DNA of 64,000 nucleotides from Pseudomonas phage PaBG: the sequence record KF147891.1; one strand, 5' to 3'. Both the position numbers and the translations under genes were made by a program. Below the pieces are notes generated by a model. That model searched no databases. It saw nothing but the letters and a program-made list of their open reading frames with translations, and was not told where the DNA came from. Position 1 is the stretch's first letter; every line of letters begins with the position of its first letter. Shown here one piece after another: positions 9,603 to 18,324 of this stretch.

Positions 9603-11618
9603 TTAGTCCTCCAGACCCAGCAGACGGCGACGGTATACAGCATCTTCTGCAACGACGCCACGGAACCAGAGTTCTTGCTCGTGGTTGGCGAACGGATTGA
9701 TGCGAATGAGATTGCGGTGTTCAGGCGAGAACGCGATCGGTTCTAGGAAAGTCTCATCGACCTCACCCCAGCCCTTGATGCGAACGATGTCCTTGTCCTT
9801 GACTGCCTTGGGTGCGGCTTTACGGCACTCATCGAAGGTCATGCCACCGTAGAGTTTGCCGTCATGGAGCACAGCATACAGCGGAGCCTTGACGCACCAG
9901 ACGCGGCCTTCTTTGAACAGGTCTGGCAGCAGTCGGTAGATCGCCGCTAGGAACAGTACGGCAATGTGCCCACCATCCGGGTCCGGATCGACCAGGAAGA
10001 TGATGTTGCCAGTACGCAGATTGTCGGTCGACAGACGCGGGTTCTCAGCTTTCGGATCGAGCGTCTTGATGTCGGCGCCCAGGCTGATGAGCATGTTCTG
10101 GATTTCTTCGTGACCCAGAATCTTCGCCAGGGTCGCTTTCAGTGCGTTCAGTGGCTTACCGCCAGCACCCAGCACTTCCTGATAGTTCGCGTCTCGGGCG
10201 TCGATTGCAGTACCTGCGGCCGAGTCACCCTCAACGATGAACAGCTCGCGCTCATGTGGCTTGGCCTTGTCGGCGACAGCAAGTGCGCTCGGCAGACTGG
10301 AGCCCTTGATCGACTTCTTCGCGTCAGCCATGGACTTGACGACAGCAGCGAGTTCTTCACGGCCCTTGTTCATCACCAGTGCGCGCTTGATGATGGTCTT
10401 CGCAACGCGCTGGTTGGCTTTGAAGTACTCCTCGAACACTGGCAGCATTGCCTCGTGAACTTCGCGGTCGACCTTCGAAGCCAGCTTGTCTTTCACCTGC
10501 GAGGTGTACTGGGCGCCGTGCATACGCCAGTCAAACATACCAACCAGACCGATCAGCAGGTCAGAACCAGAGAATCCATTGCCGCCTTTCTTCTTGCCCT
10601 TGGGCTGAGTCATGTACGGCTTGATCGCAGCCATCAGGGCGCTGGTAAATCCGGTGACGTGCCAGCCACCATCGACAGTCGGCGACGTGTTCACGAACGT
10701 CAGGAAGTGGTCGGCATCCGGATGGTCAGCCCACACGACAGAGCAACTGATGTTGTCGGTCTTGAACGTCATGGGCTTGCCGATCATGCCCAGTTCGCGT
10801 TCCTCACACATTGCCTTGGGTACCCAAGCCAAGTCCTTCTTGTTCAGGAAGGTAAACGCTTTGGTCTTGCCGCCCTTGATGACCTTGAAGCGAATCTCCA
10901 GACCTGGGTTCAGGTTCGCCATGTTCTTCAACCACATGGCAATCGGCTTGGCCTGGGGCGAGGCATGCACATAATCTTTCGGCAGGGCCTTACCACGACG
11001 GGCAGACTCAGACACGACGGTCTGGTCGAGCTTGCCCGCGATGATGGTGCCGTACTTGCTCTGCTTCATCGACAGGCGCGAGGCCACGTCCTTGTCGATG
11101 CTCTTGACCTTGATCGGGTCTTTACCCTTGGTTGTGATTTCGCCTTTCGAGAACGACTGGAAGGCGCACTTGCCGTTGTACATACTCCAGACACGCAACT
11201 CCTCGCACACGGCGTTCACCGCCGCAACACCAACGCCGTGAGTACCGGCCGAAGTCTTGTACGAATCGGAGTTGAACTTGCCACCTGCGTGGGCGCGAGA
11301 GAACGCGGCCGTCATGATGGTCTCTTTCGTCCCGTCTTTCAACTTCTTGTAGTCGGTCGGGATACCGCCAGCAGCGTCGGCGACGATGTGGAAGTCGGCG
11401 TCGTAGTCGAGGATGACCTCGATCAACTTGTTACGACCGGCGATGGCCTCGTCGTATGCGTTGTCTACCTCTTCCTTGATGACACGGTACGCCATGTCAT
11501 GACCGAGGTTACCCAAGTACATCGTGGGGTTTATACGGATGCCTTGGAGGCCCTCCGCGATGACGAAGCCCTCCTGAGAGGCAGACTTCTTCCCCTTCTT
11601 GATCTTTTCCTTAGCCAT
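9603..11618 (-). CDS. type II DNA topoisomerase, GyrB-like ATPase/Toprim subunit (T4 gp39-like)
   Basis: GHKL ATPase motif GTHGVGVAAVNAVC and Toprim motif LFIVEGDSAAGTA. Adjacent to and co-directional with the A subunit. Confidence 0.85.
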   Translation of the reverse strand: MAKEKIKKGKKSASQEGFVIAEGLQGIRINPTMYLGNLGHDMAYRVIKEEVDNAYDEAIAGRNKLIEVILDYDADFHIVADAAGGIPTDYKKLKDGTKETIMTAAFSRAHAGGKFNSDSYKTSAGTHGVGVAAVNAVCEELRVWSMYNGKCAFQSFSKGEITTKGKDPIKVKSIDKDVASRLSMKQSKYGTIIAGKLDQTVVSESARRGKALPKDYVHASPQAKPIAMWLKNMANLNPGLEIRFKVIKGGKTKAFTFLNKKDLAWVPKAMCEERELGMIGKPMTFKTDNISCSVVWADHPDADHFLTFVNTSPTVDGGWHVTGFTSALMAAIKPYMTQPKGKKKGGNGFSGSDLLIGLVGMFDWRMHGAQYTSQVKDKLASKVDREVHEAMLPVFEEYFKANQRVAKTIIKRALVMNKGREELAAVVKSMADAKKSIKGSSLPSALAVADKAKPHERELFIVEGDSAAGTAIDARDANYQEVLGAGGKPLNALKATLAKILGHEEIQNMLISLGADIKTLDPKAENPRLSTDNLRTGNIIFLVDPDPDGGHIAVLFLAAIYRLLPDLFKEGRVWCVKAPLYAVLHDGKLYGGMTFDECRKAAPKAVKDKDIVRIKGWGEVDETFLEPIAFSPEHRNLIRINPFANHEQELWFRGVVAEDAVYRRRLLGLED

Positions 11619-11676
11619 GTTCGATTGAACTCCGTTGGTTCGGTATGAGGACTAGAGCGAAAGTGTTGGACCTGAT

Positions 11677-11701
11677 TGCAGGCCGTACGTAAGCTGTTTA
11701 C
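11677..11701 (-). promoter_or_regulatory. 5'-UTR hairpin containing a GTGTAAAC promoter-like motif, upstream of the topoisomerase operon
   Basis: Inverted repeat acgtaag / cttacgt. The - strand reads aaGTGTAAACag, which matches the recurrent TGTAAA motif. Confidence 0.3.
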
Positions 11702-11708
11702 ACTTACG

Positions 11709-12041
11709 TCATTTTCGAGTTGTGGTTTGTTTGGCCTTGTCGAGTTTTGCTTTTTCCTTCTTCGCCCAGGTGTAACCAGAGTCGCCGCCCCAAAGCAGCC
11801 ATGCGATATAGCCGTTGCTGGGGTTGGCTCGATTGCCAAAATTTGCCGCACGTTTGTCCACTTCATGGCGGGCGAAGAAGGAGACCATGCGACGTATCAC
11901 AGCATCGCTGACGGTGCGACCCTGCGACAACTGGCGGGCGCGTGCCCAGCCAACCTTCGTACCTCCCCTCTTAAACTCTTTGTGCAAAGTCAAGCCAAGA
12001 GCGGCAGCACGTCGAACGGATGCAGGTGCAGTGCGAGACAT
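11709..12041 (-). CDS. hypothetical protein
   Basis: Trimmed to MSRTAPASVRRAAALGL... Confidence 0.45.
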   Translation of the reverse strand: MSRTAPASVRRAAALGLTLHKEFKRGGTKVGWARARQLSQGRTVSDAVIRRMVSFFARHEVDKRAANFGNRANPSNGYIAWLLWGGDSGYTWAKKEKAKLDKAKQTTTRK

Positions 12042-12060
12042 AGCGAGTAGTCCTTTGAGG

Positions 12061-12096
12061 TGAGAGAAAAACGACAAACCCAGCACTAGGCTGGGT
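12061..12096 (-). terminator. intrinsic terminator (leftward)
   Basis: On the - strand: ACCCAGC-cuagu-GCUGGGU followed by UUGUCGUUUUUCUCUC. The stop codon of gene 12086..12469 lies in the loop. Confidence 0.6.
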
Positions 12097-12469
12097 CGGT
12101 CTGTTGGCGTATGAATATTGGATCGATGTGGCCTTCGATGTACCAGCACACGTCATCTGGTCGGTGTGCGGGATCGTCGTTGTCGTAACTTCGCCACTCT
12201 GGGTCCGGCCGTAAGGTTGACTTGAACAGCGAAACGTCCACTTCAAGAACGACAGCATCAGGGCCTTTGAAGAAGGCGGCGTTCAACGTATCGTCGGTCA
12301 ACACGTCCGCATCGAGCGCGAGAAACACGCGCCCTGCAACTTCGCCGCCGTCTGTGGCGCGCGGCATGTTCGGCAGTAAGCCGTCACGCAGAATTGCGCT
12401 CACGTTGTCACGATGCGTAACGTGAACAAGCACGTCTGGGATATGGTCCATGAGAGTCTTCGCCGTCAC
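12086..12469 (-). CDS. hypothetical protein
   Basis: 127-aa ORF. Confidence 0.5.
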   Translation of the reverse strand: MTAKTLMDHIPDVLVHVTHRDNVSAILRDGLLPNMPRATDGGEVAGRVFLALDADVLTDDTLNAAFFKGPDAVVLEVDVSLFKSTLRPDPEWRSYDNDDPAHRPDDVCWYIEGHIDPIFIRQQTDPA

Positions 12470-12768
12470 AGGTCTATGATGGCGCCGACAATCGGCATTT
12501 GGAGTTCGTCGTCTTCGTGGCAGCCCATGCTAGCCATCCAGTCGAGAACTTCTTCCTCGGTCAGGATGCCAGGCTCAGATGCGCCCGTTTCACGCAGCAG
12601 GTCAGGCAACACAGCCGCAGACAACGCCTCAGTTACATGCTTGCCATTCATGACTTCGGCATTGCCGTCAGCCAGTTCAGCCGTCAGGTGCAGAATCAAG
12701 CTGGACGGCAACAGGCCATCGACATCACCAGACTCCAGTGCCGCTTTGACGTGTTCGTAGTTGGACAT
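12466..12768 (-). CDS. hypothetical acidic protein
   Basis: ATG start MSNYEHV with SD aaggag. The tracker start is an upstream TTG. First gene after promoter cassette C. Confidence 0.45.
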   Translation of the reverse strand: MSNYEHVKAALESGDVDGLLPSSLILHLTAELADGNAEVMNGKHVTEALSAAVLPDLLRETGASEPGILTEEEVLDWMASMGCHEDDELQMPIVGAIIDL

Positions 12769-12835
12769 GTGCAAACTCCTTAAACGTAACCTATGAGCGT
12801 AACCAATATAGTTGACACAATCTAGGTGTCACGCA

Positions 12836-12870
12836 TCCAGTATATCACACCAGACACACGCAGACAAGCG
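12836..12870 (-). promoter_or_regulatory. sigma70-type early promoter cassette C (leftward)
   Basis: On the - strand: TTGTCT-N17-TGaTATACT. Shares taacc...gtaaccaatata and cagtatatcacacc blocks with cassettes A and B. Confidence 0.5.
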
Positions 12871-12899
12871 CCTTAATGGTTACGCCCATAGTTGACGTA

Positions 12900-13778
12900 T
12901 CAGGACTGCTGGGCCACACCGTAAACGATGTCGTCGATCACGTCGCTGAGGTACTGGCCAGGTTGCAGTACCACATGCACGCAGCCCTGTTGCTTGGCAC
13001 ACGACTCCAGGAACTTGTCCCAGTTGGTGTACATCAAATCGAGGAAGGCTTTCGGGCTACCGCGGTTCAGATAGCGCAGCATGTAGTCATCCTTCTGATC
13101 TGCGGTCGGGTAGACCAGGATGAAGTCGAAGCCTTGTTCTTCCAGCTCGTCGCGCACCTCGAAATGGCTGGACACCAGAGTCACATCGTTCTTGGGTGCA
13201 ATCTCCCGAATGTGGGCAATGTAGTTGTTCGGGAAGTCATCCTTCGGGAACTGCGACGAATCACTGTCGGAACAGACCAGGCCCTTCAGGTGACACAGTG
13301 CAGACTTGCCAATGCCAGGAAAGCCGCTGATGATCACCGGGCCTTTTCCAGCAGCAGTAGCAGCCAGCCGGCGGATGCGACGCTTGCCAGAAGTGAGCTG
13401 ATTGCTGCGGCCGCCAGCACTTGCAGCAGCCTCTTCGGAGTCTTCGGAGTCTTCGTCCTCTTCTTCGCCTTCATCGGATTCGTCTCCGGAATCGGCGTCT
13501 TCGTCAGAGTCATCCTCTTCTTCCTCTTCCTCGCTGTCATCGCCGCCGCCGAGGTCTTCATCTTCCTCTTCGGCATCACCGTCGGCTTTGGGCTTCTCTT
13601 TTTCCTTGACCTTTTTCTTGGCCAGTTCGAGTTCCTCAGCCTTGCGGTTCTTTTCGATCTGCTCCAGTTCTTCGTCACTGGGTAGCAGTTGTTGGGCGCC
13701 ACGACCAGCAGTTTGATCGACAGTGCCGTACATGTTGGAATTGGCCTCGGCGGAACTGAGCGGTACGTTGATCTTCAT
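12900..13778 (-). CDS. P-loop NTPase/kinase-like protein with a long polyacidic N-terminal tract
   Basis: C-terminal Walker A motif VIISGFPGIGKSALC. About 70 residues of D/E (EEEDEDLGGGDDSEEEEEEDDSDEDADSGDESDEGEEEDEDSEDSEE). Confidence 0.55.
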   Translation of the reverse strand: MKINVPLSSAEANSNMYGTVDQTAGRGAQQLLPSDEELEQIEKNRKAEELELAKKKVKEKEKPKADGDAEEEDEDLGGGDDSEEEEEEDDSDEDADSGDESDEGEEEDEDSEDSEEAAASAGGRSNQLTSGKRRIRRLAATAAGKGPVIISGFPGIGKSALCHLKGLVCSDSDSSQFPKDDFPNNYIAHIREIAPKNDVTLVSSHFEVRDELEEQGFDFILVYPTADQKDDYMLRYLNRGSPKAFLDLMYTNWDKFLESCAKQQGCVHVVLQPGQYLSDVIDDIVYGVAQQS

Positions 13779-13786
13779 TGGAACTC

Positions 13787-14836
13787 CTACGCGCGTGCGA
13801 TGATTTCGGGTTTGACCTCATCAGGCATCCGCGCTATCAACTTGTCGCGGGCCTCGTCGGTGTATTTGATTTCCTTGAGCAGCTTCTTGAGTTCGATGTC
13901 CAGGCCAGGCTTGAAGCAGATGCCGAGCAGCGGGCATTCGTCGTAGAAGTTGATTTCGTCCTCGTACTGAGCCAAGCAACTGCACGGCTTGGCTTTGATC
14001 GCGGCTTTTGGATCACGGGAGAAGAACGACTGCACGCCAGCGCGGAATTTCTTCTTCTCGTCCTTGATGACCTGGGCGATGCGGCGATCCCAAGTTGGCG
14101 ACCAGTGCTCGGCGTACTCGAAGAACTCGAATGGGTTGTCGCGGCTCAGGTACAACAGGCTGAACCCTTTGACGTCCATCTTGTACTTCTTCTTGAGGAC
14201 ATAGCAGTACGTCGGAATCTGCTTAAGGTGAGCCTTGTGCGGCAGATGCCCTTTCTTGTTTATCTGGAACTTGGTTGTGGTCTTGTAGTCAGCCACCCAC
14301 CAGCCGCCGCCATCGAGTTTGACGATGGCATCGATGTGGCCCTTAAGGCCTTTGTACTTGATGCACTTCTCGACGTATTCCATCGGGTGAGAGCACTTCG
14401 GGCATTTGTTGTTCACCGTGTTCTTACGGGTCAACTTACCTTTGCGCCAGCACACGCCGTTTTCGTCGAACAGGTCCTGCGCGTCGTGCCGCTTCTGGCA
14501 GGTCGGGTTCTTGCACTTCCAGTCACCCCACACCTTGCCGCTTTGGCCGATGTAATACTGGATGTTCTCATGCGCGGCCGTCCCGACTGAGGTGAAGTAG
14601 CCGCCACTAGTGGACATACGCCCCTCGAAGTAACCCAGGTGAGCACCCTTCGCAAGACGGAGCATCGTGAGAATCGAGCAGGTCGGGAACGAACTGGGTC
14701 GATATTCCGGACCGCGCCCATAGCTAACAGTGACCGACTCATCCATTGTCTTCTGGTACAGACGGCCGAACATCGAGGCAATCGTACCCTTTGGCTGGAG
14801 GTCGAATGCCTTTTTAGGTTTTAGGTTTGCGAACAT
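13787..14836 (-). CDS. PD-(D/E)XK nuclease, Cas4/RecB-like, with an Fe-S cysteine cluster
   Basis: IDAIVKLDGGGWWVADYKTT (motif II D, motif III DYK). QIPTY (QhxxY). C-terminal CSC...C...C cysteines plus an N-terminal Cys, as in Cas4/AddB. Start MFANLK with SD aggcagagg. Confidence 0.6.
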   Translation of the reverse strand: MFANLKPKKAFDLQPKGTIASMFGRLYQKTMDESVTVSYGRGPEYRPSSFPTCSILTMLRLAKGAHLGYFEGRMSTSGGYFTSVGTAAHENIQYYIGQSGKVWGDWKCKNPTCQKRHDAQDLFDENGVCWRKGKLTRKNTVNNKCPKCSHPMEYVEKCIKYKGLKGHIDAIVKLDGGGWWVADYKTTTKFQINKKGHLPHKAHLKQIPTYCYVLKKKYKMDVKGFSLLYLSRDNPFEFFEYAEHWSPTWDRRIAQVIKDEKKKFRAGVQSFFSRDPKAAIKAKPCSCLAQYEDEINFYDECPLLGICFKPGLDIELKKLLKEIKYTDEARDKLIARMPDEVKPEIIARA

Positions 14837-14892
14837 TTGCCTCTGCCTTATCTGTAAACAGAGAGAAATTAGACGAATTGCTGGCGATTCAC

Positions 14893-15954
14893 ATGGCAAA
14901 CAAATCAATCACGAAAGCGCGCAGCCCGCTTGCTACCAAAGGTGACAAGAACAAGGTCGTGGAAAAAGACCCGGGCATCATTGTCGATGACCTGACTCAC
15001 GTCCTTGAAGAGTTGCAGGAGTACGGAGGCCGCACGAAGCAGATGGGCTCTAACGTCCATGTGCTCTGTCCATTCCACGGCGAGAAGACGCCGTCATGTT
15101 CAATCAACCTGAGTCGCGAGGCTGACGTTCCGATCGGTGCGTTCTTCTGCTTCGGTTGCGGTGAGAAAGGCGCCTGGAACAAGTTTGCCAACCAGACTGG
15201 GTTGAAGAAGCTCAAGAAGTGGCAGCAGTTTGAATCAAACACCGACGGCGGAAAGCTGCGATTCTCGAAGCGGCAGATCGAGTTGATGGGCGCGAACAAC
15301 ATGTCCATCCAACGGTTGTTCGATGAGGTCGGTAACGCTGTAATCCCGTGGCCGCCTGAGCGTAAATGGCGTTCGTACTCAGGGAAGTTGATCAGCCGCA
15401 TCGGTGGGTATTGCTACAACGACGACCATCGCGATGAGCTGATGTTGGTGTTTCCTGTTTACACTAACGGCAGGTACCGTGGCGGTGTTCGGGCCTTCTT
15501 TGAGAAGCAAGACAATGGCTTGTCGTACCTGACGACCAAAGGCGACTGGGTAAAGTCGTACGGGCTGCTTGGGTACGACTACATGATGAAGAAGGACCTG
15601 TGGGGTTGCAAGAGCATCGTCCTTGTTGAAGGTCCGCGTGACTGGTTGCGCCTTGTGAAGAACAAGATTCCGTCTTGCGGTATTCTCGGTTCCAACATGT
15701 TTGACGCGAAGAAGTTGCAACTCCTCGTGGCGTTGGGAATCAAGAAAATCTTCGTCATGCCGGATAACGACAGAGCAGGCAAAAAGATGGCGAATCTGGT
15801 GAAAGGGTTCGCCAAGGAATTTGGCATAGACTGCGAGTATCTGAAACTGCCTCGTCCGATCAACGAGAAAGGCGAAGTGGTAAAACTCGACCCAGACAAC
15901 TGCGACCAGAAGATCATCGACAAGGTGAAAGAGCTGGTGTACGCGGTACGGTGA
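14893..15954 (+). CDS. DNA primase (DnaG-like: CHC2 zinc finger + Toprim)
   Basis: CPFHGEKTPSCSINL...FFCFGCGEKG zinc finger. Toprim motifs IVLVEGPRDWL and VMPDNDRAG. The tracker start is an upstream TTG; ATG MANKS is used here. Confidence 0.8.
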   Translation: MANKSITKARSPLATKGDKNKVVEKDPGIIVDDLTHVLEELQEYGGRTKQMGSNVHVLCPFHGEKTPSCSINLSREADVPIGAFFCFGCGEKGAWNKFANQTGLKKLKKWQQFESNTDGGKLRFSKRQIELMGANNMSIQRLFDEVGNAVIPWPPERKWRSYSGKLISRIGGYCYNDDHRDELMLVFPVYTNGRYRGGVRAFFEKQDNGLSYLTTKGDWVKSYGLLGYDYMMKKDLWGCKSIVLVEGPRDWLRLVKNKIPSCGILGSNMFDAKKLQLLVALGIKKIFVMPDNDRAGKKMANLVKGFAKEFGIDCEYLKLPRPINEKGEVVKLDPDNCDQKIIDKVKELVYAVR

Positions 15955-16229
15955 CGAAAGTGATTGAGCTAGTAGGCGTAGAGCAGTTGCACATTGGAAA
16001 GTTGACACCTGCGGAGATTAAGCGTGACTACCACCGTTACCTGATCGAGGACGTGTCGTCGCTGTTCTACGAATACCGCAATCGCCAAGTCGCACGCGAC
16101 GAAGTGCAAGAGATTAGACGACGAGTGGAGTTTCTTGAGGAAGCGTACCACAGCATCAACGGCAGGACATTCGGAATCATGTTCAACACGCATGACGGAT
16201 ACTTGGATATGTTGCTGTACCCACTGTAA
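15951..16229 (+). CDS. hypothetical small protein
   Basis: GTG start overlapping the primase TGA (GTGA coupling). Confidence 0.4.
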   Translation: MTKVIELVGVEQLHIGKLTPAEIKRDYHRYLIEDVSSLFYEYRNRQVARDEVQEIRRRVEFLEEAYHSINGRTFGIMFNTHDGYLDMLLYPL

Positions 16230-16233
16230 TACT

Positions 16234-16259
16234 GGGGAGTCTTCGGACTCCCTTTTTAT
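16234..16259 (+). terminator. intrinsic terminator
   Basis: GGGGAGTC-uucg-GACUCCC followed by UUUUUAU. Exact copy of the terminator at 31716-31742. Confidence 0.8.
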
Positions 16260-16295
16260 GGCCTGCGGAAAGTCCACAAACTATTCGGTGGAGAC

Positions 16296-16333
16296 CTAAA
16301 AAAGGGAGAGCACATGCTCTCCCTTTTTGTTTG
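16296..16333. terminator. bidirectional intrinsic terminator between convergent genes
   Basis: A-run, GGGAGAGC-acau-GCUCUCCC, T-run. Terminates rightward and leftward transcripts. ORF 16314..17012 on the + strand, which starts inside it, is spurious. Confidence 0.7.
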
Positions 16334-16346
16334 GCGCTGGATGGGA

Positions 16347-17018
16347 TTACTGGCCTTCGGGGCGAGTTTCTTCTTCCAGCTTCATTTCTTCCAGCTGCTC
16401 GGCAGCGTAGGTCTTGATTTCGGCATTGCCGGCGTGCTTGCTGATGTACTCCAGATCAGCCAGAGTCAGCGTGTGCAGCTTGCCGTCGATTTCGCTGATC
16501 AGGTCAGCGGCATCTTCATCGCCTTTCGAACGGCCGACGATGTTCTCGACGAACGGGTTCTCGCTGCCGGCGCCCAGCTTCTCGCTCAGGCTGCGAGCGT
16601 GCGAGTCGTCGATGTTGGCTTCGGCGCCCAGGATCGGATCGTTGCCTTCTTCGATGACCTCGTAGATACGCTTGGTCTCGGAGATACCGCGCGGATCGGT
16701 CTCGATGAACTTCTGGGCTTGATCCGGATCGACCAGCTTGAACAGACCCTTGGCCACCAGGCGGCGGAAGGTCGGGTCGCGCAGGACGGAGGTCTTCTCG
16801 GCGAAGTTGGCGAGGTCGACCGGTGCGCTGGTGACGGGCACAGTGATGACCTGGCGCTGACCGGCGCTGTCGGTGATGTTGAAGTTGACGTTGGCGCTCG
16901 GATTGCTGCGATTCAGCACGAACAGTCGGCTGTCTTCGGATACTTCGGCGTCACGGATGGAAATGAGAGTGAACTTAACCTTGGCCACGATGAGAGGTCC
17001 TCGTTTTGGTGAAAGCAT
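16347..17018 (-). CDS. hypothetical protein
   Basis: Start MLSPKRG with SD ggaga. An alternative GTG start at 16988 gives MAKVKFTL. No recognisable motifs. Confidence 0.4.
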   Translation of the reverse strand: MLSPKRGPLIVAKVKFTLISIRDAEVSEDSRLFVLNRSNPSANVNFNITDSAGQRQVITVPVTSAPVDLANFAEKTSVLRDPTFRRLVAKGLFKLVDPDQAQKFIETDPRGISETKRIYEVIEEGNDPILGAEANIDDSHARSLSEKLGAGSENPFVENIVGRSKGDEDAADLISEIDGKLHTLTLADLEYISKHAGNAEIKTYAAEQLEEMKLEEETRPEGQ

Positions 17019-17532
17019 CGACCACTGTCTCCAACTCCTTTGGCGTCCACCTGAACAGCAGATGAATGGCGAAGCGATTGAAGTCTGGGACGATTCGGTT
17101 TGCGTACTCAGGGTTGAGCACAAATGGGAGCATCCAGACTTGAATGTCCAAATGCTTTATACGGAACAGCTTACTGCGGAAGGACTTCTTCAACAACTGC
17201 TTGGCTTCGCTCGGAAGCTGCCGCATCATGTGAGAGTTTAGTCCATGCTCAGGCCGCTCGTTATTCTGAACGTGCCGAACAACTTGGTTGAGCGCAAGCA
17301 CTGCCTGCACTCGACTTACTGCTCGCTTCCGTATGGAAGCGACTTCCCGTTGGCTGTGGTTCGGGAACTTAAAGATCACCAGCTCGGCGTCGCTCATGCT
17401 CTTGTCATTTGCGGCAAAGCTGGTGTCCATACTCAGGCAACGACTCGGTGTCTTCTCGTTGTACATCTTGCACGTGGCGATTCGACACTGGGTCTTGAAG
17501 CGGTATGCGTCGTGAAGTGGGCATTGTTTCAT
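16975..17532 (-). CDS. hypothetical Cys-rich protein, possible DNA-binding regulator
   Basis: N-terminal CPLH...C...C and the segment SQREVASIRKRAVSRVQ resemble a zinc finger plus an HTH. Weak support. An aaactgtaaagg motif lies upstream on the - strand. Confidence 0.35.
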   Translation of the reverse strand: MKQCPLHDAYRFKTQCRIATCKMYNEKTPSRCLSMDTSFAANDKSMSDAELVIFKFPNHSQREVASIRKRAVSRVQAVLALNQVVRHVQNNERPEHGLNSHMMRQLPSEAKQLLKKSFRSKLFRIKHLDIQVWMLPFVLNPEYANRIVPDFNRFAIHLLFRWTPKELETVVDAFTKTRTSHRGQG

Positions 17533-17594
17533 GGCAAATCTCCATAGACACCTTGGTGTCCCTGGGATGCCTTTACAGTTTGCCTACAAACTCC

Positions 17595-18236
17595 TTAGGA
17601 CTTCCGCCGGCGCTTCTTGGTCTTTTTCTGCTTGGGTAAATGCGCAGGCAGAAAGTTGATCGGAGGTGCAGAGGACAATGCCTTGAGTAGTTTCGCCTCT
17701 TTCTCGCGTGTATCGATGAAGGAGAAAGGACGCACACCCAGCAGCTTGCAGCCGACGTAGATGCCGAGCAACATCGAATCCAGTTGGTGGATGGCGATCT
17801 TGGTCAGCTTCTCTTTACGCAGGTCAGCAAGGTCAAGGTACATTTCCTTCAGGTCGGCGTATCGATTGAACTCGTTCTTCCACACACCTGCCGTGATGAA
17901 GTCGGCGTTCTTGATGTGGTTAGACTGCTGAGCCATGCAGCCCAACATGCAGTTCACGGACTCAATCGTTGGACCTTTACCGCCACGAGCTTGGAAGCGC
18001 TCTGCTACAAACGCATCCAGATTCTCAACCTCGAACAACGGTTGGACGTAATCGCGGAACGTATTCAACGAACTCCGCATGGTCTTCATATCTTTCAGCA
18101 GACGCTGCGGATCAAGCATCGTCGTGCCTTCGCACTTGAACTGGAATCGGTTGTTTGCCCATCGCAAGCGCATGATCGACACTGCGAAATTGGATGTTCC
18201 TGGGTCCATTGCGAGAATGCGCAGATCAGTCATTGC
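17595..18236 (-). CDS. RuvC-like Holliday junction resolvase
   Basis: Start MTDLRILAMDPGTSNFAVSIM matches the RuvC family catalytic motif (D-P-G-[ST]). SD aaggag. Confidence 0.6.
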   Translation of the reverse strand, partial: AMTDLRILAMDPGTSNFAVSIMRLRWANNRFQFKCEGTTMLDPQRLLKDMKTMRSSLNTFRDYVQPLFEVENLDAFVAERFQARGGKGPTIESVNCMLGCMAQQSNHIKNADFITAGVWKNEFNRYADLKEMYLDLADLRKEKLTKIAIHQLDSMLLGIYVGCKLLGVRPFSFIDTREKEAKLLKALSSAPPINFLPAHLPKQKKTKKRRRKS

Positions 18237-18324
18237 ATCACTCCTTCGAATATGAGGGCAAATAACTATCTCATGGTTCGCAGCTCGGTCGTGTAATTTA
18301 CTCACAGATTCGGAGGAACAACCA

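Noticed and set aside
7956-11648. Long + strand ORFs of 596 aa (7956..9746) and 560 aa (9966..11648)
   Set aside because: They are antisense to the topoisomerase II subunit genes, whose products carry unambiguous GyrA and GyrB motifs. High GC content generates long stop-free antisense frames.
12876-14590. + strand ORFs 12876..13685 and 13778..14590
   Set aside because: Antisense to the acidic/P-loop gene and the Cas4-like nuclease gene. The first is a Leu/Phe/Val-rich mirror of the D/E tract.
16314-17012. + strand ORF of 232 aa
   Set aside because: It starts inside the bidirectional terminator hairpin and runs antisense to gene 16347-17018. Gly/Leu/Asp-rich translation.
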